DNA of 64,000 nucleotides from an archaeon (GTDB lineage: Archaea > Asgardarchaeota > Thorarchaeia > Thorarchaeales > Thorarchaeaceae), in contig JAJRWI010000007.1 in NCBI GenBank assembly GCA_024276825.1, positions 17,346 to 81,345 of the forward strand. Direction: 5' to 3'. Below, in pieces: positions 39,631-48,921 of the stretch. The notes under the pieces were generated by a model. It saw only the letters and a list, made by a program, of their open reading frames with translations, ran no database searches and was not told where the DNA came from. Within the stretch, counting starts at the first letter, position 1, and the number at the start of each line of letters is the position of its first letter. The position numbers were made by a program, and so were the translations under genes.

Positions 39631-40404
39631 ATGATGAATAGCAGATCCTGCAATAAATTCTTCACATACCTCATATCAATTCCAGCCATTGCCGCAGTGT
39701 GGGTTATTGTCATAGTGCTGAATGTCCCAGCATTCATCACTGCATTTCTCACAACCTTTTCCATCATCATTCCTCTTGCAGCCTCATTGTATGGAATGAC
39801 CCTTTTTGGAAGGGGAGGCTTTGTTCGAGAGGACAGGTTTCAGATGATGTACCTGTTGCTAACAATAGCAATGATGATCTTTGCAGTTGGTGAGGTTGCA
39901 ATCATCCCAGTCGAGTTCATCCCAAACGGTGAGAGGTTCGTCTTTCTCGTTGGTGTTGTTCACATCACTGCATTCCTGCCCTTGGCCTTGGGAATCCTGA
40001 GATATGTTCAACGAGTGATGAAGACTCTGGGGCATCCACCCAAAGAGGTGGTCTGGACCACAATCATCATTATCCCCATGCTAATCACGGTGTTTGTCAT
40101 AATTATGACCAGACAGCTTGACCTGGTTGAGTCAATCCTTGATGTAACAGTCGGTCTTGTATTGGCAATCGGGTTTGGAATCCTGTCATTGGGACTACTT
40201 GTTCTGGTCTATATATTCAGAAGGGGGCTTCTTGTTGCACCCATATCACTCTTGTATATGGCATCAGCCCTGTTCTTTGTTCGAGCTCTCATATGGATTG
40301 GGTGGGCAATTAGTCTTAGCAATCCATTAAGCAGGCTAATCGCTATTATGGGATACCTGTTTCTGGGGGTCAGCTTTCAGATTGCAAACTGCATGCAAAA
40401 CTGA
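39631..40404 (+). CDS. Integral membrane protein (about 8 TM), unknown function
   Basis: Eight hydrophobic segments; 12 nt after the longin gene. Confidence 0.7.
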   Translation: MMNSRSCNKFFTYLISIPAIAAVWVIVIVLNVPAFITAFLTTFSIIIPLAASLYGMTLFGRGGFVREDRFQMMYLLLTIAMMIFAVGEVAIIPVEFIPNGERFVFLVGVVHITAFLPLALGILRYVQRVMKTLGHPPKEVVWTTIIIIPMLITVFVIIMTRQLDLVESILDVTVGLVLAIGFGILSLGLLVLVYIFRRGLLVAPISLLYMASALFFVRALIWIGWAISLSNPLSRLIAIMGYLFLGVSFQIANCMQN

Positions 40405-40409
40405 AAGGT

Positions 40410-42431
40410 TCAATCCAAGGCCAGGCCCTCTCCACGAAGTCTTTGTTTAATCTTTTCACGGACTTCTTCAGGGACATTTGGATTATTCAACATTCGTTTT
40501 AGGGTTTCAGGGTCAGGAAGATGCGAGATGCCCATTGCCGTTCCCATGCCCATTGGGCCATGAGATGCAGGACTTGGTTCTTCAACAACCTCCTCCACAC
40601 TTGCTGCGATTTCTTCATCGATCTCTTCCACACCCTGATGGGCATAATAGGTATCGTAGAGGGACTTGAAGATGCCACCGAGTGCCAATAATTCCTCATG
40701 AGTGCCCTGCTCAACAAGCTCACCGTGATCGAAGACGAAGATTCGAGATGCATTGGCAATTGTTGTGAGTCTGTGAGCAATAACAACAGTAGTCCTTCCT
40801 GCAAACAACTTGGCTTGTGCGTCTTGGACCAATGACTCGCTATATGCATCAAGTCGACTGGTGGCCTCATCTAGTATCAGGATTCTGGGATTTGCCAGCA
40901 TTGTTCGTGCAATGGTAATCATCTGTCGCTGCCCTGCAGAGAGGTTTTTGCCACTCTCAAAGATCTTAGTGTCATAACCATCTGCAAGGACCTCAATGAA
41001 CTCATTCGCTCCAATCTGTTTGCAGAGTTCAATTATCTCTTCATGCGTGGCATCGGGCCGACCATATCGGATATTCTCGATAATTGTGTCATCGAAGAGA
41101 TATGGTTCCTGAGGAATCAAGGAGATTGCATCATGCAACGACTTGAGAGTTACATTCCTGATATCTTGGTCACCAATGAGAATGCGTCCTTCTTGTGGGT
41201 CGTAAAATCTGTTGATTAAAGCTGCAAGAGTTGTCTTACCAGCTCCGGTATGACCAACTACAGCGACAGTTTCGCCGGGCTTGATGTGAAAGCTCACGCC
41301 CTTTAACACTGGAGTGTCTTCTACATAGGAAAATGTGACATTCTCAAAGGTGATCCCATCAGCATCAGGTTTCAGCGGGACAGACTCGGGACCGTCAGCA
41401 ATTGCTGGCTTGGCTTCAAGTACATCAGAGATCCTGTCCATGGCTGCTAGAGATGACTGGACCTGAGAGGACATCATTGCCAGAGAAATTAAAGGCCACA
41501 TGAATCGATTTACCATTGTGATTCCTAGAAAGACCTCACCAATCGTTAATAGGGGCTGTGTCCCTACGGCCATGCTACCGCCAACGAATAGCAGAGCGGC
41601 CAACCCAAATTGGCCAAATGACCTGATAAGCGGTTGAAGAGCACTCATCAAAATCATGAACTTGAACCCATAGCGATAGGCCTTGTTGTTCAGTTCAAGC
41701 ATGTTCTTTGCTAGTTCATCTTCGCGATTGAAGGCCTTAGCAACATGTATTCCACTTAAGTTCTCAGCTATTTGTCCAGACACCGCACCATATGCCCTCT
41801 GAGAGGCTAGCATGATTCTCTGTCCAACAGTCCCGAATAGCACAGCTATGAGAATAACGCCAGGAACTACCACTAAAGAAGTCAATGCGATTATTGGAGC
41901 GACCAACCAGAGGACCACAAATGAGGAAACTAGTAGCAGAATTTGACTTGAGATGTCAATTATGACTTGAATGCCAATCGACAGAGAATCAGTGTCAGAA
42001 GTCACTCTAGAAGTCACATTTCCGCTCTGTTCATTTTTATGATATGAGAGATCAGCAGAAACTAGATGGGAGTACACATCCGTCTGTATTCTTCTTACAA
42101 AACCCGCTTGCGCCCCAGATAATATCCAGGTGTAAATGCCCCGAAAAATCCAGTTTGCCACCTTCAATATCAGGTATAGCGTTACTATGATAATCAGGGT
42201 CTGTAGAGTTGTGTCGGAACTGACAAGGACATCAATTCCCCTCATTAGTAGCAATGGGTCAATAGTGGCCACTAATGTTGCTAGAATTGAGAACAAGGCA
42301 CCAATTACAACAACGCGCCTGAATTCGCCCAGATATTGGAACATGCGCTTCAATAGAACCCTCATTGGTCTACTAGTCTTAGGACGCTTTCTTGCAAGGG
42401 CCATTGGACCTCCATGACGGTGCATTGCCAT
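40410..42431 (-). CDS. ABC exporter half-transporter (TM288-like, consensus Walker B/H-switch)
   Basis: TMD plus GHTGAGKTT, LSAGQRQ, LILDEATS, AHRL. Confidence 0.93.
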   Translation of the reverse strand: MAMHRHGGPMALARKRPKTSRPMRVLLKRMFQYLGEFRRVVVIGALFSILATLVATIDPLLLMRGIDVLVSSDTTLQTLIIIVTLYLILKVANWIFRGIYTWILSGAQAGFVRRIQTDVYSHLVSADLSYHKNEQSGNVTSRVTSDTDSLSIGIQVIIDISSQILLLVSSFVVLWLVAPIIALTSLVVVPGVILIAVLFGTVGQRIMLASQRAYGAVSGQIAENLSGIHVAKAFNREDELAKNMLELNNKAYRYGFKFMILMSALQPLIRSFGQFGLAALLFVGGSMAVGTQPLLTIGEVFLGITMVNRFMWPLISLAMMSSQVQSSLAAMDRISDVLEAKPAIADGPESVPLKPDADGITFENVTFSYVEDTPVLKGVSFHIKPGETVAVVGHTGAGKTTLAALINRFYDPQEGRILIGDQDIRNVTLKSLHDAISLIPQEPYLFDDTIIENIRYGRPDATHEEIIELCKQIGANEFIEVLADGYDTKIFESGKNLSAGQRQMITIARTMLANPRILILDEATSRLDAYSESLVQDAQAKLFAGRTTVVIAHRLTTIANASRIFVFDHGELVEQGTHEELLALGGIFKSLYDTYYAHQGVEEIDEEIAASVEEVVEEPSPASHGPMGMGTAMGISHLPDPETLKRMLNNPNVPEEVREKIKQRLRGEGLALD

Positions 42432-44392
42432 TATTGCGCACCTCCTGTAAATGCAACAGAGGCAAGAATTCGCTCTGCTCCTGGCAGGCGTTCAAAGATT
42501 CTTCTGTAATGCTCAGAAGTCCTAAGGAGATCCTCGTGGCTCCCTGCTGCAATTAGCCTTCCCTTGTCGAGTATCACAATAAAGTCAGATTCGATCAGAG
42601 TACGAAGCCTTTGCGTCACAGTAATGCTAGTCCGCTCCTTCATCACTTCATCAAGGGCTTTTCTCATCAGAAACTCGGTATGAGCATCAACAGCACTTAC
42701 AGAGTCATCAAGAAGTAGAATCTTCGGATCTTGAATCAGGGCTCTGGCAATGGCAAGACGCTGTCGTTGACCCCCGCTGAGTGTCATTCCCCGTTCGCCA
42801 ATCATCGTGTCATAGCCATTGGGAAGCTTGACAATAAACTCATGCGCTTGAGCCCTCTTGGCAGCCTCGATAACCTCCTCATCTGTAGCGTTGGGTCTTC
42901 CAAATGATATATTCTCGCGTATGGTCATTCTGAAGAGAAAGATGTCCTGCTCGACAAGGCCCACATTGTCACGAACCACCTTGGTGGGGACCTCTCGAAG
43001 ATCAACACCACCAACTGATACTGTTCCTTCGGTAGGATCATACAACCTGAGTAAGAGCTTTAATAGGGTGCTCTTTCCCCCACCTGGCCCTCCTATTACT
43101 GCCACTCTTGAACCACCAGGGATTGTGAGTGAAAAGTCCTTCAATGCATAATGGGAACGACTTTCATTATTACGGCCATAAACAAAGCTGACATTATCGA
43201 ACACAATGTCACCAGACCAGTCTACCTCTGGGGTTGCTTCAGGTTCAACAAGAGGATCCTGATAGTTCAGGATGTTCACTATTCTTTGCGCATTGACATA
43301 GCCGCCTCGTAACATCAACAGCATTCGGGGAATCATATAATTGATTCCGGCGACTGATAATAGAAGAGTCAGTACCTGTATCAATGCGCCTCTGGACATA
43401 AGGCCATTCAGTGCTGCAAATGACCCATAGAGAAATGCCACTGTTGTCATTCCAATTAGGACAAGTGCTGGAATATAGAATGCAGCCAATCGTCCCTCAC
43501 GAGCCACTACATTCTCATAATTCTCAGCGATTCTTTGAAACTTTCTCTCTTCTGTATCCTCCCTTCCGAATGCCCTGACAACTTCAATACCTTGAAAGAC
43601 GCTCTGTGAGATAGAGGTTAGATACTCCATTGTTTCAGACCTCCTTCTTCTGACAGGCTCAATCTGGTTAGCGTAGCGATAAGCAAAATAGAGATAGAAT
43701 GGAGAGCCTACCAGCATTATCAGGGTGAACATCGGGACAGGATATGAGAAAGACATTAGGGTTGATGACAGCCCCGCAGTCAAGTCTACAATGGCAAAAG
43801 ACACCCCTGACATTGTAATTGATGAGATGAGATGAAGGATTGCCACAAAGGCAGTACCGTTCAATGTAAAGAATCCGACTAAGGTCTCAGTCCTGTCTAT
43901 GAAGGCAAGCAATATGCCAGTCAGAGCAAAGGACGCTAGGCCATTGATGAGATTGCGTAAGGCAGGGTTCATTGAGAACCTGATCCAACTAATGTCCTGC
44001 ATTGCCACAGAGAGCATTCTCTTGCTGTCAATCTCATCATGGAATGTCATGCTGAACTCTTGCAGTTTCTCAAAGAACTCCTGTCGAGCATCACGTTCCC
44101 AAGCGAGTGTGACATAGGCCCAAACATAACCCACTCCAAAATACATGACCATGTAGATTAATGTGAGAATAACGATAGTGATCACGAATGACATGAAGGT
44201 GGGAGTGATTGCCATAGAGGCCTCAAGTTCATCAATGGCATCACCAAGTATCATAAGTGGGACTACCATTAATATGGCGGATACTACTGTTAGAACTGTT
44301 GCAAAGGTGATTGCTACTGGATGCTTAAGCAGACCTCCAAACATGTAATGAAAGGCAGACCTGCGTTGAGTATTATCATTCCGTGCCATCAT
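42431..44392 (-). CDS. ABC exporter half-transporter (TM287-like, degenerate site)
   Basis: TMD plus GGPGGGKST, LSGGQRQR, LLLDDSVS (E to D), TQRL (H to Q). Confidence 0.93.
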   Translation of the reverse strand: MMARNDNTQRRSAFHYMFGGLLKHPVAITFATVLTVVSAILMVVPLMILGDAIDELEASMAITPTFMSFVITIVILTLIYMVMYFGVGYVWAYVTLAWERDARQEFFEKLQEFSMTFHDEIDSKRMLSVAMQDISWIRFSMNPALRNLINGLASFALTGILLAFIDRTETLVGFFTLNGTAFVAILHLISSITMSGVSFAIVDLTAGLSSTLMSFSYPVPMFTLIMLVGSPFYLYFAYRYANQIEPVRRRRSETMEYLTSISQSVFQGIEVVRAFGREDTEERKFQRIAENYENVVAREGRLAAFYIPALVLIGMTTVAFLYGSFAALNGLMSRGALIQVLTLLLSVAGINYMIPRMLLMLRGGYVNAQRIVNILNYQDPLVEPEATPEVDWSGDIVFDNVSFVYGRNNESRSHYALKDFSLTIPGGSRVAVIGGPGGGKSTLLKLLLRLYDPTEGTVSVGGVDLREVPTKVVRDNVGLVEQDIFLFRMTIRENISFGRPNATDEEVIEAAKRAQAHEFIVKLPNGYDTMIGERGMTLSGGQRQRLAIARALIQDPKILLLDDSVSAVDAHTEFLMRKALDEVMKERTSITVTQRLRTLIESDFIVILDKGRLIAAGSHEDLLRTSEHYRRIFERLPGAERILASVAFTGGAQ

Positions 44393-44937
44393 TGTTCCTC
44401 CCCAATGAGTTCACGAAGCTCTGTCAGAGCATCAAGAAGGAGGTCAATCTTGCGAATCACTCTCTTCCTTGATGCCTTCTTAAGATTATCAGCCCCCGCA
44501 CGAATTTCCTCAATTGTGTTCGAGATGCCGTTAATCTGAAACTCGAGTCGCTCAATGGGGTCGAATAAATGAAACCAGATCATTCGCCCAATTTGGGCCC
44601 GTGGTCTGAACTGCTTTTGCTTCATCATTATGTCCAGCTGCTTTCGTCCAGACTCTGTCAGCCGATACACCTTGCTTCGACCCTCAATTTGGATAGTTTC
44701 GATGATGCCCTCGTCCTCAAGGTTTCTGAGAAGGGGATATATTGAGCCTGGACTGGGCTTCCATTTGCCCCGTGTGTGTTCCTCAAATATCTGCATGATT
44801 TGAGAACCAGTCAGGTCCCTATCACGCATGATGCGTATTATCAGAAACTTCAGCAGGCCCCGTGGTATGGAGTGCATCATTCTGGGGTCCAAACAATCGG
44901 ACAGGTCGTGAGGAGATCCTTTCAAGTAATTCACCAC
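44389..44937 (-). CDS. PadR family transcriptional regulator
   Basis: WKPSPGSIYPLLRNLEDEG...KVYRLTESG. Confidence 0.92.
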   Translation of the reverse strand: MVNYLKGSPHDLSDCLDPRMMHSIPRGLLKFLIIRIMRDRDLTGSQIMQIFEEHTRGKWKPSPGSIYPLLRNLEDEGIIETIQIEGRSKVYRLTESGRKQLDIMMKQKQFRPRAQIGRMIWFHLFDPIERLEFQINGISNTIEEIRAGADNLKKASRKRVIRKIDLLLDALTELRELIGEEQ

Positions 44938-44940
44938 AAT

Positions 44941-45011
44941 ATATCGAATGCGATATTAGCGCCAACTGAGTCAGGATATAAATATATCGAATGTGATATT
45001 GAATGCGATAA
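44941..45011. promoter_or_regulatory. Three copies of a palindromic operator ATATCG-N4-CGATAT (putative PadR boxes)
   Basis: ATATCGAATGCGATAT 44941-44956; ATATCGAATGTGATAT 44984-44999; ATATTGAATGCGATAA 44996-45011. Confidence 0.7.
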
Positions 45012-45080
45012 TATCACAAGGATAAGTTTGATAAGGTATTGCCCCAGAACAACAGCAATTAGAGTTGCAGGTGGAACAAA

Positions 45081-46919
45081 TTGGGAGAGAAGGCAAAGGT
45101 AAAAGAAACAGTAAGACTCTACTCAAAAGTCTGGAAGCTCCCCACGTTCAGAGGCATACTTGCTCGAATTGCAATGTCTGTGATAGTAGCTTCGTTTCTA
45201 ATGGGGACCATGAGAAGTGCTACAAGTGGCTCACCAGTCCTTAACACTCTAGCAAGCTATCTTGTCATCCTTGCTCTACCTGCAACCATTGGAACTGCAT
45301 TGCTCTATCTGATTGTGAGGGAGAAGAACTCACCATTAGACATTAGACGAACAAGCGGAGTGATGCAATATGCGCTCTTCATTTGGCTATCACTGGGTAG
45401 CGTAGGTGCATTGATTGATTTCATTTTAATGAGCGACATTTTTGAGATGCGACTCATGCTAGTAGGAATGATTGCATTCTTCATATTCGCATCCTTCTTG
45501 GTCACTGGACTTAGCGACCGCAATGTCATCAGGAATTTCATTGCGGCTGCCATGCCAGGATCAATATGGCTGGTGTCTGCTTTAATCGTCCAGAGTACAT
45601 CATTACTGCCAGACTTCCCGCAATTTTGGTGGCTGTATGTCATTATCTGTACTCCAATAGCTGCTTATTCTGTCCACCACATATTCAAATCTGTTAGTGC
45701 GCCGTTTGACAGAGACCTTGGAATCAATGGTCCTGCATTACTGCGAGCATTTGGACACGAATATCTTTGCGATAATCCATTGCCCTTTGAACAGCTGATG
45801 AGTCAAATCGCAAGCATTCAGGATGTCCCGTTGGATATCATCATCCTGCGTAATAATGAGGAATTGGTGGCAGTTGCCATAAATCTGCTGATACATCCTG
45901 GACCATTTAGGAATATTGGTAGTAGCGGCCTCCCATCAGAAATTATAAAGTATGTGAGGGATCATTACAATATACCGACGTTTGTGTTTCATGGCACTTG
46001 TACGCATCACCAGAATCTGACTTCAAAAGAGGATTTTGAGAGTGTGTTTGAGGAACTCGACAGATTAATCAAAAGCACTGAAACCAGCAATAGTGCGTCG
46101 GGACCATTCTGGATGCCCAACAGCAAGTTCAAGGCTTGGACTCTTTTCGTAGGGGCAAATGCCCTTGTCATCACAACAAGCGCCCCAGAATATACTGACG
46201 ATATTGCCCTTGATGTGGCCATACAGGCCGCCGAAAAAGTGCGATATGAAGTGCCCAAGATTGAGGGTGTGACAATTGCGGATGCCCATAATTGCATCAA
46301 TGACAATGCAGTTTCTGTGATGCCTGATGATCCTGAGGCCCAAGAATACATAGATTGCGTGGTTGATGCTGTGAGGGAATCAAGCGGAAGGCCTGCGGGG
46401 CAAATACATGCTGGAATTCATCAAGAAACTGAAACTGGTATTACCATAAAGGAAGGAATCGGTCCGGGCGGCATCACAGCCATGGTTCTAAGGAATAACA
46501 ATAGAACTACTGTATGGATATCAATCGATGGCAACAATATGGAACCAGGGATGAGAGAGGAGATTCAGAATGCCCTGATTCAGAGGGGCTTTGATGCAGC
46601 GGAGGTCACTACAACAGACACACACATTGTAAATGCAATATCACTATCCAGCAAGGGCTATCCTCCTGTTGGGAGATATAAGAGGGATGACATCATTACT
46701 GCTGTGTGTGATATTGCGTTGAAAGCCAGAGAGAAGATGATACCTGTTCAGATGGGAATTGGCAAGGGAATGGTGAAAGGGCTGAGGACCTACGGCGAGA
46801 AGGGATTTGACATCCTAACACAAGATATTGTTGAGGCAGCATCGATTGCAAAAAGAACAGGGACAAGGACAGGACTAATGGCGTTTTTAGTATCCCTGCT
46901 ACTCGCATTCGTTCTATAG
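45081..46919 (+). CDS. DUF2070 family membrane protein
   Basis: N-terminal TM bundle; IHPGPFRNIGSS.LP, HGTCTH..N, DAHN, DGNN, TTDTH motifs. Confidence 0.88.
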   Translation: MGEKAKVKETVRLYSKVWKLPTFRGILARIAMSVIVASFLMGTMRSATSGSPVLNTLASYLVILALPATIGTALLYLIVREKNSPLDIRRTSGVMQYALFIWLSLGSVGALIDFILMSDIFEMRLMLVGMIAFFIFASFLVTGLSDRNVIRNFIAAAMPGSIWLVSALIVQSTSLLPDFPQFWWLYVIICTPIAAYSVHHIFKSVSAPFDRDLGINGPALLRAFGHEYLCDNPLPFEQLMSQIASIQDVPLDIIILRNNEELVAVAINLLIHPGPFRNIGSSGLPSEIIKYVRDHYNIPTFVFHGTCTHHQNLTSKEDFESVFEELDRLIKSTETSNSASGPFWMPNSKFKAWTLFVGANALVITTSAPEYTDDIALDVAIQAAEKVRYEVPKIEGVTIADAHNCINDNAVSVMPDDPEAQEYIDCVVDAVRESSGRPAGQIHAGIHQETETGITIKEGIGPGGITAMVLRNNNRTTVWISIDGNNMEPGMREEIQNALIQRGFDAAEVTTTDTHIVNAISLSSKGYPPVGRYKRDDIITAVCDIALKAREKMIPVQMGIGKGMVKGLRTYGEKGFDILTQDIVEAASIAKRTGTRTGLMAFLVSLLLAFVL

Positions 46920-46951
46920 GAAACTCAAAATGTAATGAATACTAATGTTAG

Positions 46952-47536
46952 GTGATTGCTATGGCAAAAACCAGAGTCTTAGTTTGCATCACTGGGGCAA
47001 GTGGTGCTGTTTATGGTGTCAGGCTTATCAAGCGATTGAGAGAGAACAATTGCGAAGTCCATCTTATTGTGAGTGAGTGGGGAGAGAGGACTCTAGAGTA
47101 TGAAACAGGCTTGATAAAAAACGACCTTGTCAGTATGGTTGATTTCGTTTATGAAAACAATGATCTTTCTTCAGGCCCTGCAAGTGGAAGTTTTAGACTT
47201 GATGCTATGGCTATTGTGCCCTGTTCTATGAAGACTCTGGCTGGAGTTGCTCATGGGTACTCCTCGACATTAATAGTCAGAGCTGCAGACTGCTCATTGA
47301 AAGAACGGAAACCTCTGGTTGTTGTACCCAGAGAAGCACCATATAACCTGATTCACCTTAGAAACATGGAACTGGTCACACAAGCAGGTGCTGTGGTTCT
47401 ACCAGCGAGTCCGGCATTCTGGCACAAACCCAAAACTATCGATGATTTAGTAGACTCGATAGTGGACAGAGTACTTGTGCACTTGCAGGTTGCCTCTGAA
47501 ACTCCAATAGAATGGCATGGAGAATCTGGAGAGTGA
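46952..47536 (+). CDS. ubiX: Flavin prenyltransferase UbiX
   Basis: ITGASGAVYG, ASGS, PCSMKTL, RAADCSLKERK, PREAP, PAFW. Confidence 0.95.
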   Translation: MIAMAKTRVLVCITGASGAVYGVRLIKRLRENNCEVHLIVSEWGERTLEYETGLIKNDLVSMVDFVYENNDLSSGPASGSFRLDAMAIVPCSMKTLAGVAHGYSSTLIVRAADCSLKERKPLVVVPREAPYNLIHLRNMELVTQAGAVVLPASPAFWHKPKTIDDLVDSIVDRVLVHLQVASETPIEWHGESGE

Positions 47537-47538
47537 TA

Positions 47539-48816
47539 TCATTCGAAAGAGCCAGGCTGGTCAAAACTCTCGAGAATCTTATCTGCAGAACGTTTCACTC
47601 TTGAACGATACCCTCGACTTGTATAGACTCTAACAGGTTTCATTATTCTGCTGAAGCTTCGGGCAATATCGCTCATTTCTGAGACCTTCCAGAACTCATA
47701 GCCACGGGTGCCTCGTTCAAACAGATACAGCTCATCAAGCGGATATTTGCCGGGATAGTAATAGACCGAAGGACGATCTGGGATGTCAATGTAAATGTGC
47801 TTGGGATCAATGCCTGCGTCTTCAGCTATCTCGCACTCGATTTTATATTTCCCATCAATTGTAGTGATCTTTTCAAGAAAATCAGCATCAGAGATTGCAC
47901 GAGAGCTTGCCAATTTGGGCAGGTATCTGTCCACGAAAGCAGTGAACAGGTCCCCCGCTGAACGGAACCCTTCTGGAGCATCATCATCGACATTCAGAAG
48001 CGTATCATGATAGGTTACGTCATCAGCTTCAAGATAGAGGTCAATCTCCTTGTCGGGGGATGGAAGAAAATGAACACCGCCTTCATTCAGCATCCTGAGA
48101 AGCAGTAGTTCTGCAGCACGAACCGTCTTATGGAAATAGACTGCATCATACATCATTATGCCTGCCGAAAGATACGATTCCAGTGTGAACAACGAGCCGC
48201 GCTCAAATGCAAGATGGTTCTTTATTATTTTAGTGAGAGTAAACAGCCTGTGAAACTCAATCTGAGCATATTCAACGCCTGCAAAGTATGCATCCCTCTC
48301 CAGACTATCAATTAGCCCAGGATTGATTGGGACCTTATTGAGGTCAATCCTTAGGCCTTTCAGAGGAACTCCTCGATCAATGAGATCACACAATTCAGCC
48401 TTTGTGAATTCTGAGTCTTGGACCACATCGCCAACTGTTGATGATTCTAGAATGAGCTTGGCCATTCGGTTCTTATCAAATCCGCGAACTGAAAGATACT
48501 CGTCCATCACATTTGACCACGGCCCACTTGCTATCTTGAATAGCATTGCAACCATTCTTGCTTTGAGAATCTCATCAGTTTCAGCATCAAGGTATTCAAA
48601 GAATGTGTTAGTAACATACAATGTCCCAAGGAGCGAGCCGAGTAATGAGCAGTCGGCACCAGGATATACAAGAAAAGCACCAGCAGGAGTTTTGATGCCT
48701 CTCAGACGTTGCGTTGTACGTAAGTTCAACAATGCTGCTTCTGTACCTGTTAATTGAACATATCCATGTAAAGGATCTTTGATCTCAAGCACTGTTTGAA
48801 AGGCCTTCATGTTCAT
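47539..48816 (-). CDS. SAMHD1/dNTPase-like HD-family protein, catalytic residues absent
   Basis: KDPLHGYV, QRLRGI, VYPGA, RDAYFAG and MYDAVYFHKTVRAAE retained; HD motif replaced by FK. Confidence 0.8.
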   Translation of the reverse strand: MNMKAFQTVLEIKDPLHGYVQLTGTEAALLNLRTTQRLRGIKTPAGAFLVYPGADCSLLGSLLGTLYVTNTFFEYLDAETDEILKARMVAMLFKIASGPWSNVMDEYLSVRGFDKNRMAKLILESSTVGDVVQDSEFTKAELCDLIDRGVPLKGLRIDLNKVPINPGLIDSLERDAYFAGVEYAQIEFHRLFTLTKIIKNHLAFERGSLFTLESYLSAGIMMYDAVYFHKTVRAAELLLLRMLNEGGVHFLPSPDKEIDLYLEADDVTYHDTLLNVDDDAPEGFRSAGDLFTAFVDRYLPKLASSRAISDADFLEKITTIDGKYKIECEIAEDAGIDPKHIYIDIPDRPSVYYYPGKYPLDELYLFERGTRGYEFWKVSEMSDIARSFSRIMKPVRVYTSRGYRSRVKRSADKILESFDQPGSFE

Positions 48817-48921
48817 TTTCGCTCAGTCCTTTAAGTGCGTGGTTCAATTGAAACCATAATTATACGTTTAACTCTTTGGGAATTCGCGCAAGAATGATAA
48901 GACTAGAGATTCTGTATTAGT

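Noticed and set aside
44941-45011. Short repeats as a mini-CRISPR
   Set aside because: Units are 16 bp, irregularly spaced and overlapping, and no cas genes are present; an operator array fits better.
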